A stretch of 64,000 bases of DNA from an uncultured Clostridia bacterium (GTDB taxonomy: Bacteria > Bacillota > Clostridia > Oscillospirales > QAKW01). A program made the position numbers and the translations under genes. This document shows, one piece after another, positions 1 to 9,683 of the stretch (positions within the stretch are counted from its first letter, which is position 1; each line of letters opens with the position of its first letter). The notes beneath the pieces were generated by a model. The model was not told the DNA's origin, searched no databases, and worked only from the letters and a program-made list of their open reading frames with translations. The stretch spans positions 82,164 to 146,163 of the forward strand of contig CALWYZ010000003.1 of NCBI GenBank assembly GCA_944385895.1. The letters run 5' to 3'.

Positions 1-1614
1 TTGAATTTTTTGCTCGGTAACAGTGTCAATTGATGATGTGGCCTCATCAAGAATAAATATTCTGGGGTCACAAATGAGAGCGCGGGCAAAGGAAAGCAGC
101 TGCTTTTCGCCTGTTGACAGCAGATCTCCGCCTTCGCCGACATTTGCATCATATCCGTTCATTCGTTCTATTATGCCCTCTGCGGCAACACTTTTGACGG
201 CATTCATCATCTGTTGTTCTGTTGCGTTCTCATTACCGTACATCAGATTTTCACGTATGCTGCCGGTAAACAGATGCGGACTTTGTAAAACATATCCTAT
301 ATTGGAATGCAGCCAGCTGAGTGATCTGTCTTTTACATCTTTGCCGTCAATAAGAACCCTGCCTGAAGTTGGCTCAAAAAATCTGCAAACAAGATTTACA
401 AGAGTGCTTTTACCTGCACCTGTTTCTCCAACAATAGCACAGTTTGTGCCCTGAGGTATTTTAAGATTAAAATTTTCCAGCACATTTTCATTTCCATCAG
501 GATAACAGAAGGTGACATTTTCAAATTCAATATCTCCGTACAGCGGCTCCCAGTTTTCACGTTTTGGATCGAATATACCGCCGTATTTTTCAATGACATC
601 AGGACGATCTTTAACTTCAGTTTCAGTATTCATCAGATTTATAAATCGTTCAATATTGACCTGCGAATTTATCATATTTGAAATGGTACCAACAAGATTG
701 TTAAGTCTGTCAATCAGATCTATAACATATGACAGGAAAACAGAAAGAGTGCCTACCAGCATCACTCCTCTTAGCGTTATGACTCCGCCTCTCCACAAAA
801 CAAGCGCAAAAGCAGTTGAGGAAATAAGCGAGAAAACTGATACATAAAGTGAACGCCAATGTGCCATTTTGACTGATGTTTTCATCATATAGTCAGAAGA
901 TTTTTCAAATTTACTCTGCATCAGATCTTCTATTACAAGTGATTTTGCAGTTTTAGCACCCATTATGCCTTCATTAAGCTTACCGGTTACAACAGAATTA
1001 GCTTCACGCACCTTGTGATATATGTCGGTAAGGCGCCTTTTGAAAAACATGGAAATAAATACAGCTACAGGCACTATTGCCGCTACACATAACGCCAGCG
1101 GCGTATTTAGCATAAACATAGAAACAAGCGCGCCGACCACATATGTTATGCACCACATTATATCAACAAATGTCCATGACAGAACAACGGAAATTCTTCC
1201 TGTATCGCTCATTATACGCGCATGTATATATCCTACATTATGTGCGTTATAATAAGATGCAGACAGCGTTTGCAAATGGTTGAACGCAGCGTTTTTCAAA
1301 TCTCTTGAAGTATACATTTCAAGTTCGCATGCGGCATATGAAGAGATAACATTAAATATAGAATATGCTATAAGCAGGAGAGTATAAACTAACGTAAATT
1401 TTATAATCACATACTTGATAGAGCTGAGAGAGTCAGCTTCGTATACGAAATTATCAATAGCATACTTTTGAAATAGCGGAAAAATAATTTCGCATATGCC
1501 GCCCAGCGCTGCAAATATCACCAGCCTCAAAAGATTCGGCGTGTATGGCTTTAAGTAGGGGATAAGATTGGGTATGCCGAAAAAGCGACGATTTGTTGTT
1601 TTTGTATTTTCCAT
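1..1614 (-). CDS. ABC exporter, fused permease/ATP-binding protein (partial; 3' end runs off the left edge)
   Basis: Missing from the ORF track because it is truncated. Reverse-strand reading from ATG at 1614-1612 gives MENTKTTNRRFFGIPNLIPYLKPY..., a TM domain, then Walker A GETGAGKST (around 400-430) and ABC signature LSTGEKQ (around 100-125). It starts 3 nt after the stop of the upstream paralogous gene. Confidence 0.85.
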   Translation of the reverse strand, partial: MENTKTTNRRFFGIPNLIPYLKPYTPNLLRLVIFAALGGICEIIFPLFQKYAIDNFVYEADSLSSIKYVIIKFTLVYTLLLIAYSIFNVISSYAACELEMYTSRDLKNAAFNHLQTLSASYYNAHNVGYIHARIMSDTGRISVVLSWTFVDIMWCITYVVGALVSMFMLNTPLALCVAAIVPVAVFISMFFKRRLTDIYHKVREANSVVTGKLNEGIMGAKTAKSLVIEDLMQSKFEKSSDYMMKTSVKMAHWRSLYVSVFSLISSTAFALVLWRGGVITLRGVMLVGTLSVFLSYVIDLIDRLNNLVGTISNMINSQVNIERFINLMNTETEVKDRPDVIEKYGGIFDPKRENWEPLYGDIEFENVTFCYPDGNENVLENFNLKIPQGTNCAIVGETGAGKSTLVNLVCRFFEPTSGRVLIDGKDVKDRSLSWLHSNIGYVLQSPHLFTGSIRENLMYGNENATEQQMMNAVKSVAAEGIIERMNGYDANVGEGGDLLSTGEKQLLSFARALICDPRIFILDEATSSIDTVTEQKIQ

Positions 1615-1616
1615 AA

Positions 1617-3446
1617 TTAAACCTCCGCAACGTCTTCCGGCAGTGTCATCTGTAAATGATAAATTTTGGAAAATTCTCCTCCGGATTTCAGCAATTCATC
1701 AGGAGAACCATTTTCGATAATTTTACCGTTGCTTAACACAATTATTTTATCTGCTTTCATCAGTGATGTCAGGCGGTGAGAAATCAAAAAAACAGTTGAG
1801 TCATTAAAATTTTTGCTTAGATTACTGCGTATTTTCGCATCGGTTTCCGTGTCGACTGCTGAGAGCGAGTCATCAAGGACAATAACAGGAGAATTTAACA
1901 TAAGCACTCTGGCAATAGCCGTGCGCTGTTTTTGACCTCCCGATAGTGTAATGCCTCTTTCACCAACAACAGTAGAATAGCCCTCTTTGAAGTTGTTGAT
2001 GGTCTTTTCAAGACATGATATTGCTGCGGCAGTTTTTATTTTATTCATATCCGGATTTTTTGAAGTTATGGCAATATTCTCGGCAAGAGTACCCGAAAAT
2101 AAAAACGGTTCCTGCATGACAGTTCCGATATTTTTTCTCAATTCGCCCAAATCTATATCTTCAATATCAATACCATTTATTGTTATTTTACCGCTCTGAG
2201 GTTTACAAAGTCTTGTGAGAAGCAGCATTATAGTCGTTTTTCCGGAACCTGTGGCGCCAATTATTCCCAATACTTGGCCTTTTTTAATTTTAAAGCTGAT
2301 ATCCTTTAAAACAGTGGTGCTTTCATATGAAAAGCTCACATTTTTAAATTCTATATCTCCCGGCACGAAAGTGAGACGCTTACCTAAATCTTGTTCAGCT
2401 TCTGAATTCATAATGTAGCGTATACGGTCGACGGCCACACCTGCTTTACTCATATCTGAAATCATTCGTCCCAGCTGACGAACAGGCCATATTAGCATAG
2501 TATTATAGGAAATAAAAGAAATCAGGTTTCCGGGAGTTAGAGTTTGATTCAGACAAGCCACAGTACCTATTACAAGAACGAGCATTATCTGAGCTCCAGC
2601 GACAAAGTCCGTAGTTCCCCAATATACCGACAGCAGTCTGCACAGATGTATCCATTTTGATGTATAGTCCTCGTTTTGCAATTCAAATTTGGCTTTTTCA
2701 TATGCTTCGCGGCCAAAAGCTTTTACGACTCGTGATCCGGTAAGGTTTTCCTGCGCTATTGATGACAGTACTCCTTCACTCTCATCACATTCGGTAAAAA
2801 GCCTTGAGCTTTTTTTATAAAACACATAGGAATAGCTTACAACTATAGGGATTGTAATCAATGTCAGTAAAGCAAGCTTTTTATGTATTGAAAATACGCA
2901 GAATAATGAGACTCCAATAAGTATGATAATATTAAGAAGCCTTGTGAGCTGATCGGCAATAAAACTGCGTATCGTTTCCGTATCGGTAGTGCATCTTTGA
3001 ATTATATCACCTGTACGGTTTTTCATATGCCATGAAAGGGGAAGGTGCAAAACCTTTTTAAACAGCAGATCTCGTATATTTTTAATCAGGCTTTCTGCAC
3101 CCTTGGAATTGAAATAACCGCTTAAATATCTGAAAACAGTGACAGAGACTCCTACAATTGCGCTTATTACTGCAATTATCCATATATTTTCTTTTAAATA
3201 TTCGACACCGCCCAGCAAATCCACTATTTTTTTGTATTCTGGCGGTCTATCACCGATAATGCTGTCGACAGTAACGCTTACAATTCGCGGAGTTATCATC
3301 TGCAGTATAGAAAGTAAAAACGATGATAAAACACTTATCACGAAAAATCCTGTGCTGCCCTTTAAAAAATGTACTATCATGGCGGCACGGCTGAATTTTT
3401 TTGCTTTTTGTTCCATAGATATTACAGCCAATGGCCGTTCCTCCAT
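1617..3446 (-). CDS. ABC exporter, fused permease/ATP-binding protein (likely heterodimer partner of the 1..1614 gene)
   Basis: 609 aa. N-terminal multi-TM exporter domain, Walker A GATGSGKTT, signature LSGGQKQR, Walker B VIVLDD. Confidence 0.9.
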   Translation of the reverse strand: MEERPLAVISMEQKAKKFSRAAMIVHFLKGSTGFFVISVLSSFLLSILQMITPRIVSVTVDSIIGDRPPEYKKIVDLLGGVEYLKENIWIIAVISAIVGVSVTVFRYLSGYFNSKGAESLIKNIRDLLFKKVLHLPLSWHMKNRTGDIIQRCTTDTETIRSFIADQLTRLLNIIILIGVSLFCVFSIHKKLALLTLITIPIVVSYSYVFYKKSSRLFTECDESEGVLSSIAQENLTGSRVVKAFGREAYEKAKFELQNEDYTSKWIHLCRLLSVYWGTTDFVAGAQIMLVLVIGTVACLNQTLTPGNLISFISYNTMLIWPVRQLGRMISDMSKAGVAVDRIRYIMNSEAEQDLGKRLTFVPGDIEFKNVSFSYESTTVLKDISFKIKKGQVLGIIGATGSGKTTIMLLLTRLCKPQSGKITINGIDIEDIDLGELRKNIGTVMQEPFLFSGTLAENIAITSKNPDMNKIKTAAAISCLEKTINNFKEGYSTVVGERGITLSGGQKQRTAIARVLMLNSPVIVLDDSLSAVDTETDAKIRSNLSKNFNDSTVFLISHRLTSLMKADKIIVLSNGKIIENGSPDELLKSGGEFSKIYHLQMTLPEDVAEV

Positions 3447-3485
3447 TTTTAAGTAAATGCGGCAGTAACATACTGCCGCATTTGG

Positions 3486-5411
3486 CTATTTAAATTCTTT
3501 AATAATCTTATTTATATAAGTTATAAATTCATCAACACTCAATGTTCCGATATCACCATCTTTATGAGAACGAACCGAAACAGTGCCGTTTTGCATTTCC
3601 TTATCACCGATTATAAGCATAAACGGAGTTTTCTGCATCTGGGCCTCTCTGATTTTATAGCCTATTTTTTCATTTCTGTAATCGACGTTGACACGCAGTC
3701 CTGCATTTTGCAGTTTATCACAAAGCTCTTTTGCAGTATCAGCCTGTGCATCACTTATCGGGAGAATTATTACCTGAAGAGGTGCCATCCATGTCGGAAG
3801 AGCACCGGCGTATTTTTCCAGTATGAGAGCAAGTGTTCTTTCATAGCATCCAATAGCTGTTCTGTGGATTATATAAGGATTCTTTTTAACGCCGTCTTTA
3901 TCAACATATTCCATTCCGAATTGAGATGCAAGCATCTGGTCTATCTGGATTGTGATGAGAGTATCTTCCTTGCCGTAAACATTGCGTATTTGTATATCAA
4001 GTTTTGGACCGTAGAATGCGGCTTCGCCTATGCCTACGGAATAATTTATACCCAGATGATCTAATATTTTCTGCATGATGCCCTGAGCTTCGTCCCACTG
4101 CTCTTTTGTGCCAATATATTTTTCTGTGTCATTAGGATCCCACTGGGAAAATCTGTATGAAATATCCTCAAAAAGTCCTACACATTTAAGCATATATCTT
4201 GCAAGTTCCAGACAGTTTTTAAATTCCTGCTCAAGCTGTTGGGGGGTGCATATTATATGACCTTCGGAAATTGTAAACTGACGCACTCGAATCAGGCCGT
4301 GCATTTCACCTGAATCTTCGTTTCTGAAAAGAGTGGAAGTTTCACCCAGGCGCATAGGCAGATCACGATAAGAGCGCATTCTGTTCAAAAACACCTGGTA
4401 TTGAAACGGACAGGTCATAGGTCTGAGTGCATATACCTCTTTGTCTTTTTCTTCGTCGCCTAAAACAAACATCCCGTCTTTATAATGATCCCAGTGTCCT
4501 GAAATTTTGTATAAATCGCTTTTGGCCATCAGCGGTGTCTTTGTAAGAAGATAGCCGCGCTTATACTCTTCGTCCTCAACAAACCTTTGAAGTATCTGAA
4601 TAGTTTTTGCGCCCTTTGGCAGGAGTACCGGAAGGCCCTGTCCAATAACATCACAGGTAGTAAAGTATTCCAGTTCCCGTCCAATTTTATTATGATCGCG
4701 TTTCTTGGCTTGTTCCAGCATTTCAAGATGAGCCTCAAGATCAGCGGCTTTAGGAAATGCAATACCGTAAATACGTTGAAGCGCTTTATTTTTACTGTCG
4801 CCGCGCCAATATGCGCCTGTTGATGACAAAAGCTTGATCGCTTTTATTTTTGAAATATCATACAAATGCGGCCCTGCACACAGATCTATAAAGTCGCCTT
4901 GTTTATAAAGTGTTATAGTTTCACCTTTTGCTGCGTGCTCGGCAATGAGTTCAAGCTTGTACGGCTCGTCCTTCATGATTTCCGAAGCTTTTTCCGGAGT
5001 GACTTCTATTCGCTCCATTCTATATTTTTCTTTTACAAGCCTTTTCATCTCTGCGGTTATTTTTTCAAGATCTTCGGCATTGAACGGATTTTTTGTATCA
5101 AAATCATAATAAAATCCTGAGTCAATTGCCGGGCCTATGACAAGCTTTGTATCAGGATACAAATTTTTCACAGCTTGGGCAAGCACATGGGAAGCGGTAT
5201 GCCAAAATACTTTTCTGCCTTCAATAGAGTCCATTGTAAGCGGTTCTATATTATCGCCGTCATTAACAGCAGCATTAAGCTGTTGAGTTTTTCCGTTGAG
5301 ATTGCAAGCAACGCATTCACGTGCCAAGTCCTTATCAATTTCAAAAAGTACATCAAATACGGTTTCTTTATCGGTGTTTACTGCTTTACCGTTAATATTG
5401 ATTTTTTTCAT
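3486..5411 (-). CDS. thrS: threonine--tRNA ligase
   Basis: About 641 aa with a TGS-like N-terminus (MKKININGKAV...) and a class II ThrRS core and anticodon-binding region, recognisable along the full length. ATG at 5411 sits 6-7 nt after SD GGAAGGTG, so the GTG at 5420 given in the ORF track is less likely. Confidence 0.93.
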   Translation of the reverse strand: MKKININGKAVNTDKETVFDVLFEIDKDLARECVACNLNGKTQQLNAAVNDGDNIEPLTMDSIEGRKVFWHTASHVLAQAVKNLYPDTKLVIGPAIDSGFYYDFDTKNPFNAEDLEKITAEMKRLVKEKYRMERIEVTPEKASEIMKDEPYKLELIAEHAAKGETITLYKQGDFIDLCAGPHLYDISKIKAIKLLSSTGAYWRGDSKNKALQRIYGIAFPKAADLEAHLEMLEQAKKRDHNKIGRELEYFTTCDVIGQGLPVLLPKGAKTIQILQRFVEDEEYKRGYLLTKTPLMAKSDLYKISGHWDHYKDGMFVLGDEEKDKEVYALRPMTCPFQYQVFLNRMRSYRDLPMRLGETSTLFRNEDSGEMHGLIRVRQFTISEGHIICTPQQLEQEFKNCLELARYMLKCVGLFEDISYRFSQWDPNDTEKYIGTKEQWDEAQGIMQKILDHLGINYSVGIGEAAFYGPKLDIQIRNVYGKEDTLITIQIDQMLASQFGMEYVDKDGVKKNPYIIHRTAIGCYERTLALILEKYAGALPTWMAPLQVIILPISDAQADTAKELCDKLQNAGLRVNVDYRNEKIGYKIREAQMQKTPFMLIIGDKEMQNGTVSVRSHKDGDIGTLSVDEFITYINKIIKEFK

Positions 5412-5570
5412 CCTTTGCACCTTCCAACTTTCAGTATTTCTATATTATATTATCTTTATCTTATAATTTCAATAGGAATACTATAATTAATTACAATTCT
5501 GTTTTTTAAATACAAACAGATTTATCTTGAAAAATATCGTAAAATGTAGTATTCTTTATACGGTGATTTT

Positions 5571-6068
5571 ATGAGAAGAGATAAGTATAATTATTATTTG
5601 GATATTGCGGAGGCCGCCATAGCCAGAGGAACGTGTCTGAGAAGAAATTTCGGCGCAATTATTGTTAACCGTGATCAAATAATATCAACCGGTTATTCAG
5701 GCGCTCCGCGCGGCAGAGTCAATTGTTGCGATTACGGACAGTGTATAAGGGAAAAGCTTAACCTTCGCCGTGGAGAAAGGTATGAACTTTGCCGTTCTGT
5801 ACATGCAGAAGCTAACTGCATTATTTCCGCTTCCAGAAATGATATGATAGGCAGTACTTTGTTCCTTGTGGGCAAGGAGGCATCAACAGGCGAGTATGTT
5901 AAAAATGCCAACTCCTGCACTATGTGTCAAAAAATGATAATAAATGCCGGTATAGAAAAGGTGATAGTGCGCGATGACAGAGACAAATACAGAGTAATAT
6001 CAGTACAGGACTGGATTGACAAAGACGAGTCGCTCAGCGGTATATCAGCATATTCATCTGAACAATAA
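5571..6068 (+). CDS. dCMP deaminase family protein (ComEB-like)
   Basis: 165 aa with zinc deaminase motifs HAEANCI and SCTMCQKMIINAG. Confidence 0.85.
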   Translation: MRRDKYNYYLDIAEAAIARGTCLRRNFGAIIVNRDQIISTGYSGAPRGRVNCCDYGQCIREKLNLRRGERYELCRSVHAEANCIISASRNDMIGSTLFLVGKEASTGEYVKNANSCTMCQKMIINAGIEKVIVRDDRDKYRVISVQDWIDKDESLSGISAYSSEQ

Positions 6069-6069
6069 T

Positions 6070-6105
6070 AAAACGCATTCTCAAATGAGAATGCGTTTTT
6101 GGTTT
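6070..6105. terminator. bidirectional intrinsic terminator between convergent genes
   Basis: Stem AAAACGCATTCTC / GAGAATGCGTTTT with loop AAAT, flanked by an A-run and a T-run. Confidence 0.8.
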
Positions 6106-6106
6106 T

Positions 6107-6904
6107 TTACTTTTTACAGCCGCAGTTTTTGTAATCGGGAGGGAAGAACTCGTTTGTGGGGAATGAGAGCCTTTCAAAATAATTGCACGGTTCTTCTTCA
6201 TCAATAGGTCTGCATTCTTTATCAGGCAGACAAAACTCGGCCGACGGTACAAGCATTTGCACTTCTCTTACAATTCTCACAATACTGAAGACGCCGATAG
6301 TAACAATAAGATTTCTTTCGCTGTTTGATGTAAGACCCTCGTCAAAACAGCAAAGCACGCATTCCGGTATTGATTGTAAATCTGTCTCACAACAGCATAT
6401 TTTACTGTTTGCCGGAACTGTTTTTGCATTAAGAACAATAGGATCTACAACATCGACTTGAGCAATAGGAAGATTTTTAGTGGATTTAGTATGTCTAATA
6501 TTATTATCTTCGCTGCTTCTTGACGAATATGTTACGCTGTTTCCCTCGCTGCCGAACAGTATTACGGTTTTGTTGCAGGAGGCAAGACCTTCAACTATTA
6601 TCGGTCTGCCTACGCCTGTGTAAACTTCAAATTCAAGCAGGAAAAAGAACATTATATTTACCGAATAAAACCCTTTGTTAAACGGTACCGGATCCAGATC
6701 TACTGAAGTCCAGATCAGTTCTGATTTGTGAGTCCTTACGTTTATTGCGTTGTCAATAACTTTTTGATCCTGCGGATTTAAATATACTCTCAAATCCGCA
6801 AAACAATCTTTATCTTTACATGTATCATAAATACGCTGGACATTTATGCACACTTCATCTTTGAATTTGCAGTCCGCTATGTTGGAATTGTCAACCTTTT
6901 CCAT
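6107..6904 (-). CDS. hypothetical cysteine-rich protein (16 Cys in 265 aa)
   Basis: Long ORF with strong SD (ACAGGAGGAAATTT-ATG). Cys clusters: CKFKDEVC, CKDKDC, CCC, CVLCC and C-terminal CGCKK. I recognise no enzymatic motif. Confidence 0.7.
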   Translation of the reverse strand: MEKVDNSNIADCKFKDEVCINVQRIYDTCKDKDCFADLRVYLNPQDQKVIDNAINVRTHKSELIWTSVDLDPVPFNKGFYSVNIMFFFLLEFEVYTGVGRPIIVEGLASCNKTVILFGSEGNSVTYSSRSSEDNNIRHTKSTKNLPIAQVDVVDPIVLNAKTVPANSKICCCETDLQSIPECVLCCFDEGLTSNSERNLIVTIGVFSIVRIVREVQMLVPSAEFCLPDKECRPIDEEEPCNYFERLSFPTNEFFPPDYKNCGCKK

Positions 6905-7116
6905 AAATTTCCTCCTGTAAAATTATTGCTTTTAAAGCTCTCATAACCATAATATGTTTTTTATAAAAAAATGGTTAAAAAAACTTGAAGTTCAAAAATT
7001 TATATGATATACTATATAAAAACTATATGTTTTAAAGTGTTTTTCGGTGCTTTTTAACATATAAAAGCCCTGGAAGGGTAATATGTATGCCAAAATGTGG
7101 CGGAACGGAGTTTTTT

Positions 7117-7737
7117 ATGAAATTTAAAAAATTGATTTCACTTATGTTAATTGCGGTTCTGGCTGTGTCTTTAGTATCTTGTAAGTCAGGCTCGACTGCA
7201 GCTAAGGATACGGTTACAAACTTTATGACTGCTCTAGCTACATATGATATGAATGAGATGAGCAAATACATAGAAGATTTCCCGGATAATACAGGTACTG
7301 CATATAAGCATGATATTTATACCGAGGATTATTACAGAGATTTATATGAGGCTGCAAATACTAAGCTTTCATATTCTATTACATCTGCTACCGCAAACGA
7401 AGTTAAATTAAATGTCACAATGCCGGATATTTATACTCTTTATCAAAACACGTTTATGTCTGTTCTTTCGCAGGCAATGTCTGATGAGAATATGCAAAAC
7501 TATGTTCTTGATGAGGAAAACGATCCTCAGCTTCTTATAATTGCTCTTATGATAAATGAGATCAATGAAAACGGTATCGATACCGTCAATGAAGAAATTA
7601 CTCTTTCAGTGGGCAAGATAAACGATGAGTACAGAATAAAAACCGATGATCAGCTTAAGCTTCTTCTGACAAGCAAGCTTTCATTGGCACAGACTGACGC
7701 GGCTGCCAACGCTGCTGATCAGACAATAGAAGAATAA
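7117..7737 (+). CDS. hypothetical lipoprotein
   Basis: MKFKKLISLMLIAVLAVSLVSC is a signal peptide with lipobox LVSC (Cys22). SD GGAG lies before ATG 7117. The ORF-track start at 7087 is probably too far upstream. Confidence 0.75.
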   Translation: MKFKKLISLMLIAVLAVSLVSCKSGSTAAKDTVTNFMTALATYDMNEMSKYIEDFPDNTGTAYKHDIYTEDYYRDLYEAANTKLSYSITSATANEVKLNVTMPDIYTLYQNTFMSVLSQAMSDENMQNYVLDEENDPQLLIIALMINEINENGIDTVNEEITLSVGKINDEYRIKTDDQLKLLLTSKLSLAQTDAAANAADQTIEE

Positions 7738-7752
7738 GATATATTATTAATG

Positions 7753-7781
7753 CACGGGAATGTAACGTTCCCGTGTTTTTA
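7753..7781 (+). terminator. intrinsic terminator after the lipoprotein gene
   Basis: CACGGGAA / TTCCCGTG stem followed by TTTTTAT. Confidence 0.7.
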
Positions 7782-7824
7782 TTTGCATTTTTGTCAATAA
7801 TATCATTAAAAGAAGGATGATATT

Positions 7825-9429
7825 ATGTGGGTAAAAAGAAGCGGAATAATATATATTTTAATTGTATTGATGTTTGTGCTGCTGGTTATCAGAATATTTT
7901 ATGTAATGTTCGGAAAAATCAGCGATAAAACCGAAGCTGCTGCGGGCAGCAGAAGCGCAACATTGGAGCTGTACAGTTCAAAAGGCGTCATATATGATAG
8001 AAATATCTGTGCGCTTGCGGGCAATCAGTTTGCATATTATCTTGTTATAAATCCGAGAGGTTTCGACAGAGAGAATATTGATTATATAGCGGGACTTACA
8101 GGTACCGATGTACAGCAGTTGAATTCAAAGCTGCAGAAAGAAAGTATTTTTATTTTAAAAAGCTATTTTGAACCAAAGCAGATAGACGGAGTATATGTAT
8201 ATGAAGGAATAACGCGGTATTCTGAAAACCCTACTGCTTGTCATCTTTTGGGTTATCTCGATTCCGAAGAAAAGCGTGGCCTATCGGGAGTAGAAAAGGC
8301 GTTTGATAATGAGCTTTCGGCTTTTGCGTCAAAGACTACAATAAAATATTCAACAAATGCTCTCCAAGGAGTAATAGCCGGGCTTGGTATTGAGGCACAA
8401 AAAGATACCGAGGATACAACTAACGGAATAATTCTGACTATTGACAGAAATCTTTCGCTCTTTACAGAACAGAGTATGGAAAAATATATAGAAAAAGGTG
8501 CAGCGGTAGTGATGAATTGCAATAACGGTGAATTGCTTGCTCTTTCATCAATGCCAGAGTTTGATGCTACGAATATAGAACAATACATTGATTCCGATAA
8601 CGGTGAGCTAATTAATAATGCTATGGTCAATCAAACTGTAGGATCAGTTTTCAAAATGATAATAGCTGCGTGTGCAATTGAAAACGGCCTTTCTGATTTT
8701 ACATTTGAATGTAAGGGCGGTATATCTGTTGCAGACAGAGTTTTTTCCTGTCAGAATCAAAAAGAACACGGACATATGACGCTGAAGGAGGCGTTTGCTC
8801 ATTCCTGCAATTCCTATTTTATAGCACTGGGTCAATTACTTGGATATGATAAAATCATTGAAACGGCACAGCTTTTTGGCGTAGATAGCAGTATTGAAAT
8901 AATAAAGGACATGAAGTCAGCTTCGGGTATTCTGCCAAAGGAAACAGGTGTACTATCTATTGCAAACTTAAGCATAGGTCAAGGTGAACTTATGATCTCA
9001 CCACTGGAAATTGCACGCATAACTGCCGTTATGTGCAATGGCGGATATCTTGTTAATCCTACTGCATATTACGGTACTTATATAGACGGACAAATCGGAA
9101 ATATGAGCAGTTACAGCTATAAATCGAGAATTATAAGCAGTGATACTGCACAAATGCTTAAAGAAATTTGTCAATACTGTGTAAGTGACGGTACGGGCGT
9201 TTCAGCAAGCCCCCAAACAGGTTCTGCAGGCGGGAAAACAGCGAGCGCACAGACGGGCAGAATTGGAGATGACGGTCAGGAAATTCTAAACACATATTTT
9301 ACAGGATTTTATCCTGCAGATGAACCTGAATATGTAATTACGATTTTCGCGTTGGATGGGCAATCAGGCTCTGCAACATGTGCTCCGGTGTTTAGAGAAA
9401 TCTGTGATTTTATATCGGAAAATTATTGA
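7825..9429 (+). CDS. class B penicillin-binding protein / peptidoglycan transpeptidase (SpoVD/PBP2-like, no PASTA domains)
   Basis: 534 aa. N-terminal TM anchor, SxxK motif SVFK, SxN motif SCN, and third box KTASAQTG (KTA rather than KTG). Confidence 0.85.
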   Translation: MWVKRSGIIYILIVLMFVLLVIRIFYVMFGKISDKTEAAAGSRSATLELYSSKGVIYDRNICALAGNQFAYYLVINPRGFDRENIDYIAGLTGTDVQQLNSKLQKESIFILKSYFEPKQIDGVYVYEGITRYSENPTACHLLGYLDSEEKRGLSGVEKAFDNELSAFASKTTIKYSTNALQGVIAGLGIEAQKDTEDTTNGIILTIDRNLSLFTEQSMEKYIEKGAAVVMNCNNGELLALSSMPEFDATNIEQYIDSDNGELINNAMVNQTVGSVFKMIIAACAIENGLSDFTFECKGGISVADRVFSCQNQKEHGHMTLKEAFAHSCNSYFIALGQLLGYDKIIETAQLFGVDSSIEIIKDMKSASGILPKETGVLSIANLSIGQGELMISPLEIARITAVMCNGGYLVNPTAYYGTYIDGQIGNMSSYSYKSRIISSDTAQMLKEICQYCVSDGTGVSASPQTGSAGGKTASAQTGRIGDDGQEILNTYFTGFYPADEPEYVITIFALDGQSGSATCAPVFREICDFISENY

Positions 9430-9453
9430 CATAATAATTTTATATGTTATAAT
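9426..9453 (+). promoter_or_regulatory. sigma-A type promoter of the alaS leader
   Basis: TTGACA (9426-9431), 16-nt spacer ending in TGT (extended -10), TATAAT (9448-9453). Confidence 0.65.
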
Positions 9454-9459
9454 CTTTAA

Positions 9460-9672
9460 TATAATTTTGTTGAAACATTGAAGAAAATCTTAGCTTGTAC
9501 GGCATTTTCCAGAGAGAAGGTTTCAGGTGAAAGTCCTTTATTTGCCAGAGCTGGGGGCTGTTTTCTGAGTTTTAACCGCATGACAGCGTTAAGGTTAATT
9601 TAAGAGGCACATTGTGCAATCGGGGTGGTACCGCGGATTATTTCGTCCCTGTTTGGCATTGTGCCTGTTTTT
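9460..9672 (+). promoter_or_regulatory. T-box leader (probable Ala specifier GCU) with terminator
   Basis: AGAGA box, GGUGAAAG distal loop, candidate specifier AGA-GCU-G, conserved T-box AATCGGGGTGGTACCGCGG (9618-9636), and a terminator 3' arm GGCATTGTGCCT followed by GTTTTTAT. Confidence 0.85.
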
Positions 9673-9683
9673 ATGGAGGATTT

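Noticed and set aside
23-1252. Plus-strand ORFs 23..454, 512..847 and 1022..1252 listed in the ORF track
   Set aside because: They are antisense to a clearly recognisable ABC exporter gene (Walker A and signature motifs on the minus strand), have low-complexity translations, and lack SDs.
5412-5570. Expected a T-box leader upstream of thrS, as found here for alaS and ileS
   Set aside because: The divergent intergenic region is only about 160 nt and contains no GGTGGTACC-type T-box core (CGCGGTACCACC on the plus strand) and no terminator. I see no riboregulator.
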